DNA from: Felis catus
Taxonomy: Eukaryota
Reading direction: 5' to 3'
Assembly: GCF_018350175.1 (NCBI RefSeq)
Contig: NC_058368.1
Span: forward strand, 98,458,001 to 98,522,000
Length of the DNA: 64,000 nucleotides
The position numbers and the translations under genes are program-made. Each line of letters begins with the position of its first letter. The first letter of the stretch is position 1. This document shows, one piece after another, positions 23,556 to 37,229 of the stretch. Below the pieces are notes generated by a model that did no database searches, was not told the origin of the DNA, and was given only the letters and a program-made list of their open reading frames with translations.

Positions 23556-25628
23556 TGCAGTGCAGAAGTTTTTTATCTTCATGAGGTCCCCATAGTTCAT
23601 TTTTGCTTTTAATTTCCTTGCCTTTGGGGATGTGTCAAGTAAGAAATGGCGGCTAAGGTCAGAGAGGTTTTTTCCTGCTTTCTCCTCTAGGGTTTTGGTG
23701 GTTTCTTCTCTCACATTCAGGTCCTTTATCCATTTTGAGTTTATTTTTGTGAATGGTGTAAGAAAGAGGTCTAATTTCATCCTTCTGCATGTTGCTGTCC
23801 AGTTCTCCCAGCACCATTTGTTAAAGAGACTTTCTTTTTTCCATGTGGATATTCATTCCTGCTTTGTCAAAGGTTAGTTGGCCATACTTTTGTGGGTCTA
23901 ATTCTGGGGTTTCTATTCTATTCCATTGGTCTATGTGTCTGTTTGTGTGTGAATACCATGCTGTCTTGATGATTACAGTTTTGTAGTAGAGGCTAAAGTC
24001 TGGGATTGTGATGCCTCCTGCTTTGGTCTTCTTCTTCAATATTACTTTGGCTATTCGGGGCCTTTTGTGGTTCCATACGAATTTTAGGATTGCTTGTTCT
24101 AGCTTTGAGAAGAATCCTGGTGCAATTTTGATTAGGATTGCATTGAATGTGTAGATATCTTTGGGTAGTATTGACATTTTAACAATATTTATTCTTCCAA
24201 TCAATTAGCACGGAATGTTTTTCCATTTCTTCGTATCTTCTTCAACTGCCTTCATAAGCTTTCTATAGTTTTCAGCATCCAGATCTTGTACATCTTTGGT
24301 TAGGTTTATTCCTAGGTATTTTATGATTCTGGTGCAATTGTGAATGGGGTCAATTTCTTTATTTGTCTTTCTTTTGCTTCATTATTAGTGTATAAGAATG
24401 CAACTGATTTCTGTACATTGCTTTTGTGTCCTGTGACTTTGCTGAATTCATGTATCAGTTCTAGCAGACTTTTGGTGGGGTGTATCAAGTTTTCTATGTA
24501 TAATATCATGTCATCTACAAAAAGTGAAAGCTTGACTTCCTCTTTGCCAATGTTGATGCCTTTGATTTCCTTTTGTTGTCTGATTGCTGATGCTAGAACT
24601 TCCAACACTATGTTAAACAACAGTGGTGAGAGTGGACATCCCTGTCATGAAACAATCAACAAAACTAAAAAGCAGCCAACGGAATGGGAAAAGATATTTG
24701 CCAATGACATATTGGCCAAAGGGCTAGTATCCAGAATCTATAAAGAGCTCATCAAACTTCACACCTGAAAAACAAATAATCCAGTGAAGAAATGGGAAGA
24801 AAACATGAATAGACACTTCTCTAAAGAAGACATCCGGATGGCCAACAGGCACATGAAAAGATGCTCAACATCGCTCCTCATCAGGGAAATACAAATCAAA
24901 ACCACACTCAGATATCACCTCACGCCAGTCAGAGTGGCCAAAATGAACAAATCAGGAGACTATAGATGCTGGAGAGGATGTGGAGAAATGGGAACCCTCT
25001 TGCACTGTTAGTGGGAATGCAAACTGGTGCAGCCACTCTGGAAAACAGTGTGGAGGTTCCTCAAAAAATTAAAAATAGATCTACTGTATGACCCAGCAAT
25101 AGCACTGCTAGGAATTTACCCAAGGGATACAGGAGTGCTGATGCATAGGGCCACTTGTACCCCAATGTTGATAGCAGCACTCTCAACAATAGCCAAATTA
25201 TGGAAAGAGCCTAAATGTCTATCAACTGATGAATGGATAAAGAAATTGTGGTTTATATACACAATGGAATACTACGTGGCAATGAGAAAGAATGAACTAT
25301 GGCCTTTTGTAACAACGTGGATGGAACTGTAGAGTGTGATGCTAAGTGAAATAAGTCATAGAAAGACAGATACCATATGTTTTCACTCTTATGTGGATCC
25401 TGAGAAACTTAACAGAGGATCATGGGGGAGGAGAAGGAAGAAAAAAAAAGAGGTTAGAGAGGGAGGGAGCCAAACCATAAGAGACTCTTAAAAACTGAGA
25501 ACAATCTGAGGGTTGATGGGGGGTGGGAGGGAGGGGAGGGTGGGTGATGGGCATTGAAGATGGCACCTGCTGGGATGAGCACTGGGTGTTGTGTGGAAAC
25601 CAATTTGACAATAAATTTCATATTTAAA
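23556..25628 (+). mobile_element. Felid L1 copy A: 5'-truncated with 5' inversion (23556-24647 antisense; 24649-25628 sense)
   Basis: ORF2 fragments on both strands; 16-bp TSD aaaaagtatttgccaa at 23540-23555 and 25629-25644; L1 3' UTR with polyA signal. Confidence 0.96.
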
Positions 25629-26002
25629 AAAAAGTATTTGCCAAATTAATTAAATACGGGGTTCAAAATTGTGGAATCACTTATTTGGTGATCATGAAGT
25701 TGGCAGAAAATAATAATTTGGCCACACCCTGGGAAGCTATATCCTTCTCACTCAGCTTTACACTAATTAATATAGAAAATATTATAAATGATGAATAGAT
25801 GAGGAGTTTAGGGTAACTCAGGCACAGTGGGGTAAATAACTACGCTCCATATAAGCATTCTTTTCTCTCTTAGTAACCAAAAATTAGTGACTCACTATGA
25901 TTGAAGGGGATAATTAGTTACTCTAGTATTGATTTATTGATTCACTGATTGATATATAAATGCAACACAGGCCCTGGCAGAAGAGCAAATCTTTTATTAA
26001 AA

Positions 26003-26430
26003 ATTTTTTAATGTTTATTTATTTTTGAGAGAGAGACAGAGCACAAGCAGGGAAGGGGCAGAAAGTGAGGGAGACACAGAATCCGAAGCAGTCTCCAGGC
26101 TCTGAGCTGTCAGCACAGAGCCCGATGAGATCATGACCAGAGCTGAAGTCAGATGCTTAACTGACTGAGCTACCCAGGCACCCCTTATTTATTTTTTTAA
26201 ACCTTATTTATTATTTTAAACTTTATTTGAGAGAGACAGAGACAGCAGAGGTTAAGACAGCACAAATGGGGGAGGGGCAGAGAGAGAAGGTGGGAGAGAG
26301 AGAATCCAAGCAGGTTCCACACTGCCAGTGCAAAGCCCAATGTGGGGCTAGAACTCACGAATCGTGAGATCATGACCAGAGCTGAAAACAAGAGTCAGAT
26401 GCATAACCAACCAAGCCATCTAGGCGCTCC
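26003..26430 (-). mobile_element. Two CAN-SINEs in tandem (26003-26184; 26185-26430)
   Basis: two SINEC units; outer TSD agagcaaat. Confidence 0.92.
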
Positions 26431-27799
26431 GAGGAGAGCAAATTTTGACACCTGGTTGCTGATCTACACATGTCTTCGTTAAATATTCATGTTTAAGAAT
26501 AGCTTTTTTGGAAATTGGGAGCCCTAAGTAAGCCAAAATATTTAAGCTGCCAAATAAATTAATCAAGTAGTCTAGTGTTTTAATATTTTTCTCTCTGGAG
26601 CAGTGGGACATTTTGACTACAATCCTCACTTGAACCAACTAGATAGCATAAAGTTATATACTAAAATGAGCCATAATTAGTTTTCTCTATTTGTCTCCCC
26701 CATAGAAAACCACAACTGGTCACTTGTTACTGAAACCAGTCAGGGATGGATGAATTTGGCTGTCACTGTGTTCCTGAGCATATGTACACCCAAGCTGACA
26801 GTTTCTTTAGGAAACTGAGCCATCACATTGGTTTTTCTAAGTTAGACCTTATGCATTTTTTTTTTAATTTTTACATTATCATTGCTGATAGGGAAACGAC
26901 ATTTTAAAAACCCTAAAAATTTCACAAACTATGCAAATTAGAAGTGGATTATTAAAACTTGTTATTTTCTCAGTTTTGACCACAGTGTTCATTTGAACCA
27001 ACTAGATTCTATCATGATAAGAATGAATGATACTGAGCTTTGCTTCTTTTTATGTGACCTTATATAAAACCAGTATTTTAGCAAGTGCAATGCCATTTGG
27101 CAGGTATATAAAGTTTTAAAAACATAGTATCAAAAGATTTTTAAAAAGGATTCCAAAAGTCAACTCTTGGAAATCAGCGTGAGAGGATTCTTCTTTTAGA
27201 ATTGTTGTCTAGAAGCGATGTTGAGGACAGAGTATCACATACCTCACATTGTATAGAGAAATGAACACATTTGGAGTCCTGACTGGTTCCCGATTTGCCC
27301 AGCATCATTCTTTGCTTCCTATCCATATAGCAGGAGACAAAGAAGTAGGGAAGGAGAGCTGTGGCTTATCAGTCATTAGTCAGGAGTATCAGATTTGGAG
27401 GTAGAAATGGGATGACTTTTTGCTTTTTCAGATTCTCCATCCTTTCTTGCCCATCCTTTCTTCTGCATCCTGAATGAAAAGGTAAGGAGCAGACTCCTAC
27501 ACTGTTCCTCTCCTAGACCATGATAGTAGCCAGAGCTGGGAGGCTTCGATTTGTAGTTTTCACTTAGATTAGACAGGACTTGATGATAACTGACAGTACC
27601 CTGATCCCCGCAGAATCTGCTTAATGAATGTTTATGGGATGAGAAAGACAAGCTGAGGACAGTAACATGAGGAAAAATAAAACCTTTACACCATTGCACT
27701 CCCACTGATCTGAGACCATCCATAAACTATTACCATAACATCTTCCTAAGACTAGGCAGACTTCATCCATTCAGTCATTAAACACAGTGAAGAACAATG

Positions 27800-28240
27800 A
27801 CTCCAAAACAACAACAACAACAAAACTATTTTATTTCAAAACTTCTGAACTCTCTACTTGAAGGTCAAATTTTAATCCATTTACATCTCCCCAGGATGCT
27901 TTTCTGCTCTCTCCTACAGGGGTCTGCTTCTGCCTGCAACTCTTAAAGCTCTCAGTGTTTGTTTCAATTATTTCAAAGCCAGAATGTCAGTACTACTTTA
28001 ATGCTTAATATGTTGGCTGTCTTCTCAAATGAGACTATAAACTCTTGGACAGTTAGACTCTATGACTTATTTCTTTATCTTCCTATTGCCAAAAGCAGTT
28101 CCATAATGGCAACAGACACTAATGTAATGCTTCATGTGTTTAGTACTTTGCCTCTTACTGGAGAAGATAGGAAGATTCAGGAGTCTTGGTTCTGTACATT
28201 TCAATGCTATGCTACCTACATATAGAGGTGCAAAAGCTTT
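27800..28240 (-). mobile_element. L2 fragment
   Basis: degenerate L2 3' motifs (tagactataactcttg..atctctttatct..gcacataatg type). Confidence 0.4.
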
Positions 28241-28287
28241 ATTTATTGTGTAGTGTATCCTTTTTCCTCTTAAAAACACTATATACT

Positions 28288-28508
28288 GGGGCCCCTGGGT
28301 GGTTCACTTCGTTGAGGGTACAGCTTCAGCTCAGGTCATGATCTGGCAGTTCATGAGTTCAAGCCCTGCATCGGGTTCTGTGCTGACCTCTCGGAGCCTG
28401 CATCCTGCTTCAGATTCTGTGTCTCCCTCTCTCTCTGCCCCTCCCCTACTCATGCTCTGTCTTTCTCTCTAAACGAATAAACATTTAAAAAAATTTTTTA
28501 AATAAAAA
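28288..28508 (+). mobile_element. CAN-SINE
   Basis: SINEC motifs. Confidence 0.93.
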
Positions 28509-28785
28509 CCTATATATCATACAATGTGTTTTTTTCCCAAATATTATTATGCTTTTGGTATTTATATACTGAGTATTCTCTCTCTGGCGTCTGATGGCTA
28601 ATACCTACCTTTCAAAAGACTTCTTGTGTTACCTGACATTACTGAGTATTTCATAAAAGTATATAGCTCAATAGTAGTTGTTTGTTAATTCAAACTGATT
28701 AGTCTTCTCTTTAATAAGGCACTTAAATCCATTATTATTATATTTGTTTTTATTTTCCATAATCTAATGTTACCTTTTTCATTAA

Positions 28786-28808
28786 TTTTTTTTTAACATT
28801 TATTTCCT

Positions 28809-28840
<32 letters not shown>

Positions 28841-29009
28841 CAAGAGCGCAAGCAGGAGTGGGGCAGAGAGAGAGGGAGACACATAATACAAAGCAGGCTT
28901 CAGGCTCTGAGCTGTCAGCATACAGCCTGACATGGGGTTCAAAACCAGGAGCTGTGAGATCATGACCTGAGCTGAAGTTTGACGCTTAGCTAAACCACCC
29001 AGACGCCCC
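28786..29009 (-). mobile_element. CAN-SINE
   Basis: SINEC motifs. Confidence 0.93.
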
Positions 29010-29699
29010 TTACTTGTTTCATTTTTAATACTTGCTTGTTTGTTTTCTGTCTTTAATTGTGTAAGACCACATTTTCTTTGTTAAAAGTTTGGAAGTTTTA
29101 TATTTAACTTTTTAAAAGTTTGAAAGGTGTACATTCAGGAAGAATATGATATGGGTTTCACAATGAGTTCTTATCCATTGACAAGGAAGGAACTCGCTGG
29201 AAAGAAATTTTTAAAGGAACACTAGTAGATAAAAATTAGGTTGTATTGTAATTGTGTCCTGTGAATCTTGTTTATTCAGTGTATTGGACACACACACACA
29301 CACACACACACAATACTTACAATGGCTAACATATAGTATACTTTTAAAGCTACTTGCTAGAAAGTCAGGAATTGATTTTAGACCATTTTGCTCTCAGACT
29401 TGTGCTCTAACCTATGAAAATTTCTATGATAGTATATATATATTCTATAGATCTAGAATATTCCTATGCAAAAAAAAAAAAATGGCCTTGAAGGATCTAA
29501 GAAGGAAGTGGTACTCAGCAGAGCATCAAATCAGACTGAAATAAGCCTGCCAAGGACAGTATTCCTCAAAAATGTCTGTGAATCCTGCTTCATCTGTGTC
29601 CCACAGTCTTAGTCGTATTTGTGCATAGGGTCCATCCAGTCTTAGAAATGACATAGGAATTTCTAAAAACATTCTTTAGCTTGAGACTCATGAAGATGC

Positions 29700-30180
29700 T
29701 TTTTAGTTATTTGTTGCTGTGCTCAATCCACAGTTTAAAATAGTGATTTATTATTTCTCAGAATTCTTACTGTCTTCTCCGCTCTTTCCTTATTCATGTA
29801 GCTGCATTTAGCGAAGGGGTGGGTGGGTTGGAGGGTAAGATGGTGTCCTTCGAACGTCTGGCAGTTGTGCTTGCTGTCAGCTAAGGCCCCTTCATTCTCC
29901 TCCACATGGTCTAATTCTCCAGTAGACTAGCTTGGCTTCTTTACCTGGTGGTTGCAGGAAAGCATTCTAAGAAAGCGAGGACAGAATGCTGCAAAGCTTC
30001 TTAAGGTCTAGCCCTGGAGGTAGCACACCATCACTTCGATTTCATTCTGTCAGACACATGCCGGCCCAGATTCAAAGAGTGGGGAAGCAGACTCCCTTTC
30101 TAACCGGCAAGAAAAATCACAGAGCGTAGCGGATGCAGACTGGATTGGGAAGAACTCGTGGCTGTATTTTGGAACCATAG
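29700..30180 (-). mobile_element. Old MaLR LTR (MLT1H/I/J-like)
   Basis: tagttatttgttgctgt.., cttcattctcctccacatgg, catcacttc, ggcccagattcaa. Confidence 0.55.
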
Positions 30181-30479
30181 TAGATGACAAGAATTAGTGG
30201 AGAACAGCTAACATGGACGTAATTATAATCGACACTCTGAAAGAGCGGTGGAGTACGGGTATTGATTTCCAGTTGCTTCTCATTAAAGGTCTGATAAAAT
30301 CACTTGACCCAGTGTGATTGAGGAACATGTCTTTGTGATGACAAAGTCTGTATTTCTCTTCTTGCACTGTCCACTTCTGCTCTTCCCCTTCTATGAAACA
30401 GGTTCAATAGCCAACCCTTATTTAATCTCTACTAAGTGCCGCTTTACAGTTTAATTTTTACATTAATCCACACAGGTAG

Positions 30480-30630
30480 GTATTATATCCCCCCCCAACA
30501 CACACACTTTAAAGGTAAGTAATCAAATATTCATAAGTCAAAGTAACTTGTGAGCCACGTAGCTGGAGGGAGTGGTAGAACTGGAATCTGAACACAGATA
30601 ACCTGGCCCCAAATCCATGCTGTTAACCAC
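30480..30630 (-). mobile_element. MIR fragment
   Basis: aagtaacttg..gtggtagaactggaatctgaac..ccaaatccatgctgttaaccac. Confidence 0.55.
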
Positions 30631-33219
30631 GATGGTTATTGTTTCCCTGATCATCCCTGGGGTTTGAGTTTTATCCTCCCTGGGAATCAGCTTTATACTG
30701 CTGGTATCAGGGTTTAAATTCTCAGCATCTGTCAATGTACTTGTTCAAAATACATAATTAAAAATAGCATCTTAATCACTGTGAAGTGTGAAGCACTAAT
30801 TATTCACTACCTGGAATAATTACTCTGCTTGAGCCAGTGTGGTGAGCCTGGTGTGTGGTGCATAGATTTGCTGTTGTATTTTCCAGGCATTGTGGCTTTC
30901 GATGGGCTGAGACTGCTCAGGCAATGGCAGGGGGCATTGCTGAGAGGTTAAGAGACTGGCTTGGAACAGAACGTAAAGATTGGAATTTTGGCTCTCCCAC
31001 TTACTAGCTCAGGAACTTGGGGGATGTTCCTTAATTAGGAGTGATAATAATAGAGTCTACTTGATGGCATGAGTATGCAGATTAAAATTAATGAGTTAAT
31101 ATTTGCAGAAGTCCTGAGAACTCCATCTGGCATGTGTTTGTTAATCAATTAAAAAAAAATGTATTTGCTTCAGGCCACTCAGCCAGAGGCAAATGTTATG
31201 TATGTCTGAGCCTTCAGGACTTCTGGAGAGGGTCAGTTGTTGGCCCGTGAGTAGGTTTTATTTGTCTCACCTCTTCTTCTAGCTGAAAGTTGTCTTTGAC
31301 ACAGCTCGGCTAGCGATAGGGTCAGGGGTAGTTTTAGCCTCCATTTTATTGCCTAAAGAGTCACTGACTGGCCTTTGAAGCAGAGACTGTTTATTGTTAT
31401 CTCCACCCCAAACTATCCCCAGGTGGGTTTCAGAAATGAGACAGAGAACTTCCCTGACGTGGCCCCTTCTAGGCTCTGAGTGACCTGGGTGGCAGTAACC
31501 ATTAGCCCCATCAAATCTCATCAGCTTCTTTGCTCTTCCAAATTCCACCCATGGATGACATATGATAACCCAATTGCCATGGTAGCCCAATTGGACTCTT
31601 TTGTCTGCCCCCACCCCCATGTCTTTTCACAGTAGGCCCCAGGCTATAGTAAGTCACCTGATCAGATATTCAGAATTAGAAAATGTGGTTCTCTGGTGTT
31701 TCCTGGCTGCTAAAATTTGAAATTACTTAACTGAACTATCTCTCTCCTCAACTATAAAATAGGGATGATAATAAAACAGTACCTATTTAGGTTTTTATCT
31801 TATCACAGTACCAAGTATATTAGTTAGCTCTCGTTAAGTGGTAGCTGTTAACATCTTTTGGATGTAGAAAATGGTTCAGTATTTGCATAAAGTTCCAAAG
31901 GACTGGTTTTCACAGGATGTATGCCTATTCATTGGCAGGAATAACCCTATATAAACAATATTGTGTGGTATCATGGGGAAAGTGTACAGGGAAGGTGAAA
32001 ATCATGCCCATTTGAACTTTGGGAAAATATACTTAAATATTTCATATGGAAAGAATTTCAGTCATTTGAAGTCTTTAGAAGAGTGACTTAATTTTTAATG
32101 TCTTACTTTAAAGCTCAGATATTAACCAAGCATCCAGTGTATATCATATTGTAAGTTAAATGAACTACTCTAAAACCTGTATTTTAATTTGTAGTCAGAG
32201 TTGATACTTTTATTGCCAGTGCTTAAGTAATTACAGGTGTGGTTGCTTTTTTTTTTTTTTTTTTACCCCATACAGGGTCTAAAATAATCTTACCAAATTT
32301 CAGTCTCATGATCTGTAATAAATAAGTAAATAAATAAATAAATAGGCTTACAGAGTAAGATACTCCATTTAAAAAACAAATAAAAAGCCTGAGATCTGAG
32401 CTGCCGGGCAATAAATGTTAAAACATTACATTATCATTATCACAGTGTAGATTCAATACAGAACTATCAATTGTGCAACATTTAAGCGAGCTGTTTAATG
32501 TCAGAGGCAGAATTCACAACACTGGCAATTTATCTCCCTCTTTCCTTTTCTCTTTCTAATTTAAATAGATCAAAACCAAGAGCAAGAGCCTGAGACAAAT
32601 GTGTTTATATTTACTAGCATCTAATGCAATTCTAGTTTAATGCTTACAAAATGTATTTAAAAAAAATTTTTTTGAAATGACAGTCAGTTCCAGAATCTGA
32701 GATAAAAGTTCACTTAACAACTTTGAATTTGGCTCCAAAATGAGGATATATGCCCACTAGAATTCCAAATTAATTGTTGGGAAAAATTTCAAGTATTTGA
32801 GGGTAGTATTAGACAATCCATAATTTTAGAATTGACAGAAGTGTTTGTGAGCACTGACTAAAATATTCATGATTTTAGGTAGATTTAGTGTCCTTTTAGA
32901 TAATATTACCTTCAGAATACACAATTAGCATTGGCTTTGCATATTTATTACAAACAAGATAAGTAGAGAAAATGGAATTTAAATGAAGTAAAGAATCTCA
33001 AAATGTTTAAGCTAGTGTGGAACAGCGTACTTGGCTTTTATTTTTATGAAACAAAACAATATTTATTGAGAATCTACTTTGTGGAACTTCTTGAGCAGAA
33101 TTCTTGAGATCCTCCAATTTTTTTTTCTTTACTTTTGTTGGATAGAATACCATTACTGTTATTTTATAAAGTGTTTGGAGAAAAGAGGATCAAGGGTAAA
33201 AATGTTTGGAGAATCTTAA

Positions 33220-33426
33220 TTTTTTTTTAAATTTACATTTCTTTATTTTGGGAGACAGAGCACAAGTGGGGAAAGGGCAGAAAGAAAAGGAGACACAGAA
33301 TCAGAGGCAGGCTCCAGGCTCTGAGCTGTCAGCACAGAGCCCGACCTGGGGCTCAAACTCACAAACCACAAGATCATCACCTGAGCCAAAGTCAGACACT
33401 TAACCAACTGAGCCACCCAGGCACCC
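33220..33426 (-). mobile_element. CAN-SINE
   Basis: SINEC motifs; TSD tgtttggagaat(c/t)ttaa. Confidence 0.95.
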
Positions 33427-33907
33427 TGTTTGGAGAATTTTAAAGAAGGCAAAAGGACTCCTTTACTGCAAAATTTCTAGTTCTTATAGAACTTTCTATA
33501 AGAAGGAACTCAAGATGTTAATACATTTCTCAAGTATGGATGGCCATAGACACCCCTACCCCAAGAATATTTATCAACATATTAAAGAATCCTAGATGTG
33601 AAAAGCTCTTCATCAAAAGTCAACTCTACCAGTCTACTCTTCTTATGGAATGGGTGACTGCGGATTGGTGAATTGGGTTTTACCCAAAGACAATATTAGA
33701 TTTGTTTTGGAATAAAAGAGATATTTTCACTTCATGCAGGTTTTTTTTCCAAAAATATTATTTTTTCCACCCAAGTAGAGTATTTTTTTCCTAGGATGCT
33801 GCCATCTAGAGATTGATAACTTGATGATATATGATTAGATTTAATTGGTTTCTGTTGCTTATGTTAGGGTACATTTTCCCAAACTGTCAAAGAGCTAAAG
33901 AAATTCC

Positions 33908-34106
33908 TTTTTTTGTAAGCTTATTTATTTATTTTGAGGAAGAGAGAGAGTGTGAGGGGGGAAGTGACAGATATGTGGAGAGAGAATCCCAAGCAAGCTA
34001 TGCACTGTCAGTGCAGAGCCTGACATGGGGCTCGAACTCACAAACCATGAGATTATGACCTGAGTTGAAGTTGGACACTTAACTAACTGAGCCAACCAGG
34101 TGCCCC
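33908..34106 (-). mobile_element. CAN-SINE
   Basis: SINEC motifs; TSD agagctaaagaaa. Confidence 0.93.
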
Positions 34107-35009
34107 AGAGCTAAAGAAACTCTTTAAGCAAAAGTTCAATGAATTTCTCAAGTAAAAATCCTTTATAGTATGTCATGAATACTTAAAATATACATAATAA
34201 TATATAATAATTAGTATATAAAACTTTTCCTCTAATGGACAGGAAATCTGTATTTGTAAGTTTTGTAGTTCATGGTTTCAAAATTTGACATCAAGGCGGG
34301 CAAACTCTTCTTCATGTTGTCTTGTTTTTGTTGATAGTACACTCTGATCACACCATGATGTGCTAAATCCAGAAGGGTTCATTATTAATGCACATTATCA
34401 ATCACAGAACTAAAATGTTAAGTATAGACAGTTGAGAAGGGAGATATTTTTATCTTGGTTATAGAACAGTGTTTCAGAATTTCTTTTTTAACAAAGGCCT
34501 CTGGGTTTTCTCTCACATGAACAAAGAGAAACTCCAGAAAATGAAATAAACAGGAAGAACTGTTTTCTTTGTAATTCTTCTCCTTTGTACATACATCAAA
34601 ATTTGTTTCAATATGATAAAAAAAATATCTATATATGACAGAAACCCTTAATCTTGACATATAGGCTTATTACCTATGTATTTTACCCCATATATTCTAA
34701 ATTAGTGTTTTTATTTAAATCAACTTGGAAATATGTCAATTCTGAAGTTATTCTGATACTAGTTTTTTGGTTTTTTGTTTTTGTTTTTGTTTTTTTAAAT
34801 GACTGGTAGTAAGCAATGCATTCCTATTAAACAGGAAGAAACTGTGATTGAAAACTAATGAGAATCCCTTGAAATCAACACTTTAAAAAGAAGTCCTTAA
34901 CAATCCAGGCTAGACTTTTTTTTTTAAGGTAAATTATTAGGTAAACCTTTCAAGGTCACCTAGTGGTGACTGGCAAAGATGACCAAGGCTTTCTAAAGTC
35001 AATACTCTC

Positions 35010-35220
35010 TTTTTTTTTTTTTTTAAATGTTTCTTTGTTTATTTTTAGAGAGAAAGCGCACAGGGGAGGGGCAGGGAGAGAAGGAGAGTGAGAGAATCCC
35101 AAGCAGGCTTCATGCTGTCAGCGCAGGGCCTGATGCGGAGCTTCAACTCCTGAACCATGAGATCATGACCAGAGCCTAAATCAAGACTGGATGCTTAACC
35201 GACTGAGCACCCAGGTGCCC
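35010..35220 (-). mobile_element. CAN-SINE
   Basis: SINEC motifs. Confidence 0.92.
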
Positions 35221-35890
35221 TAGTCTAGACTCTTTTGGTTGGACCTTTGCCAAAAAATGCCCTGCCATCTAGTCAGCTCCAATCAAGACTTCATAAGTTA
35301 CAACAATATGAAACTCTCTGCTATGTCTTTTTCAGTAGGAGCTGATCCAGGTTTTAAGAATTCTGAACCATATACAATTTGGAGGAGCACTCTCTAATGC
35401 AGTTGAAATGTGCTAGGCCTTTCTCCTTAGAGGAGAGCTTGTTTCAGTAGGTTTGAGGTAAATATGCCTTTGCACACTCTAATGTGATGCTAAGAATTTG
35501 GTTTACTGGAAAAGCATCACAGTAGAGGCAGGCTTGGAGAACTTTGCCAGTTCTGAGATTAATCTCTCTGGATTTCAATTTCCTCATTACAAGCCAGGCA
35601 AGTGTGCATTGGATATACTCAATCAGTCAGGTTCCTTCCAACAGAACAGTTTCTTTTTTTTTTTTTTTTAATTGGAATGTAATCATTTTTGGAAAGAAGA
35701 GAATTTCATGTTAATGTGGAAGAAACAAAGAGAACTTGTGAGTTTATCTAGGTACTCTAGTTTACATGATTATATCCTGATATCCAGCTCTGTTTATTTT
35801 TTCACATAGCAATATAGATAGTTGTTGACTACTCTCTGGGGTGTCAATTTGGTAAGATCTGTTTTTGCTTTTTAGTAATATTTGTAAGTA

Positions 35891-36098
35891 TTTTTTTAAT
35901 GTTTATTTTAGAGAGAGAGAGAGAGAGAGAGAGAGTGCAAGGTGGGGGAGGGCCAGGGAGAGAGGGAGACACAGAATCTGAAGCAGGCACCAGGCTCTGA
36001 GCTGTCAGCACAGAGCCTGACATGGGGCTTGAACTCGGGAACCACGAGATCATGTCCTGAGCCTAAGATGGACACTCAACCGACTGAGACAACCAGGC
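35891..36098 (-). mobile_element. CAN-SINE
   Basis: SINEC motifs. Confidence 0.92.
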
Positions 36099-37006
36099 TG
36101 TATTTTCTAAATGAAGGTTCTGAGTGCTGATACCAGATCATGAGTGGGGAGTGGGGATCATACAGTGGAGAAGGAAAAAAAAGAAAGAAGTTGAGACCAT
36201 TCCCACTATTTGCTTTATCTTCTGTAATTTCTGGATATAAAGGGCTGAACCATTCACTGCATCTTATGAACCTGGTGTCTTCGAAAGTCGAAGTGACAGG
36301 TTAGTTGTCTAGGTTGGCGTGTTTTGCCAACCTTTTGGTGCCAGACTGGTGAATGTAGAAGATGTATGAATACCATTGATGTGAAAATCTTTTCAGAATT
36401 ATTTTCACACAATCTGTATAAAGCTTGAGCCTCTTTTTTTGGTCCTGTTTACGTATGTGAACATACAGGGTAAAATTCTTCAAGATGTGCTAAAGTCTTT
36501 TTCTTTGTTTGGTGCCAATTTGTCATGGTTTTAAATGACTTTTTAAAAACTATATGACAGACTTTTTATAAAAAGTGTTCGTGAAAGAAATCTGAGGCCA
36601 GTCCTTACAGATTGGGAGTTTAATGGAGGTAGATAGGACGTTTTATTTCTCATTATGCTCTCAAAACCTATACAAGTAGCTGATATCAAGGAAGCATGTT
36701 AATTAAATGTTGACTGAGAAAATAAATCATTTCAAATTGCAGAGCACTACCACCATTCAAAATGTGTATTGGTAACAAAAGCCTATGCATTTTTCTATGA
36801 TTAAAATGACATAAAAATAAAATATGTGATGTCCCTAAACACATAGGTAAAGAAAAGGAAATTTTATTCATAATTCTACCGTCTGTTAAAACAATAACTA
36901 TTAACACTTGGGGCTCAACTAATTTGTCCAAAAGTAGTTCTCTCCATATGTATCTGCATTTCAATTTCCTTAAATGTAGGTACTACAGAAGAATATATGT
37001 CTTTTA

Positions 37007-37229
37007 GGGGCGCCTGGGTGGCGCAGTCGGTTAAGCGTCCGACTTCAGCCAGGTCACGATCTCACGGTCCATGAGTTCGAGCCCCGCGTCAGGCTCTGGG
37101 CTGATGGCTCAGAGCCTGGAGCCTGTTTCCGATTCTGTGTCTCCCTCTCTGTCTGCCCCTCCCCCGTTCATGCTCTGTCTCTCTCTGTCCCAAAAATAAA
37201 TAAACGTTGAAAAAAAATTAAAAAAAAAA
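37007..37229 (+). mobile_element. Young SINEC_Fc-type SINE
   Basis: near-consensus and CpG-rich; perfect 18-bp TSD aagaatatatgtctttta (36989-37006 / 37230-37247). Confidence 0.98.
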
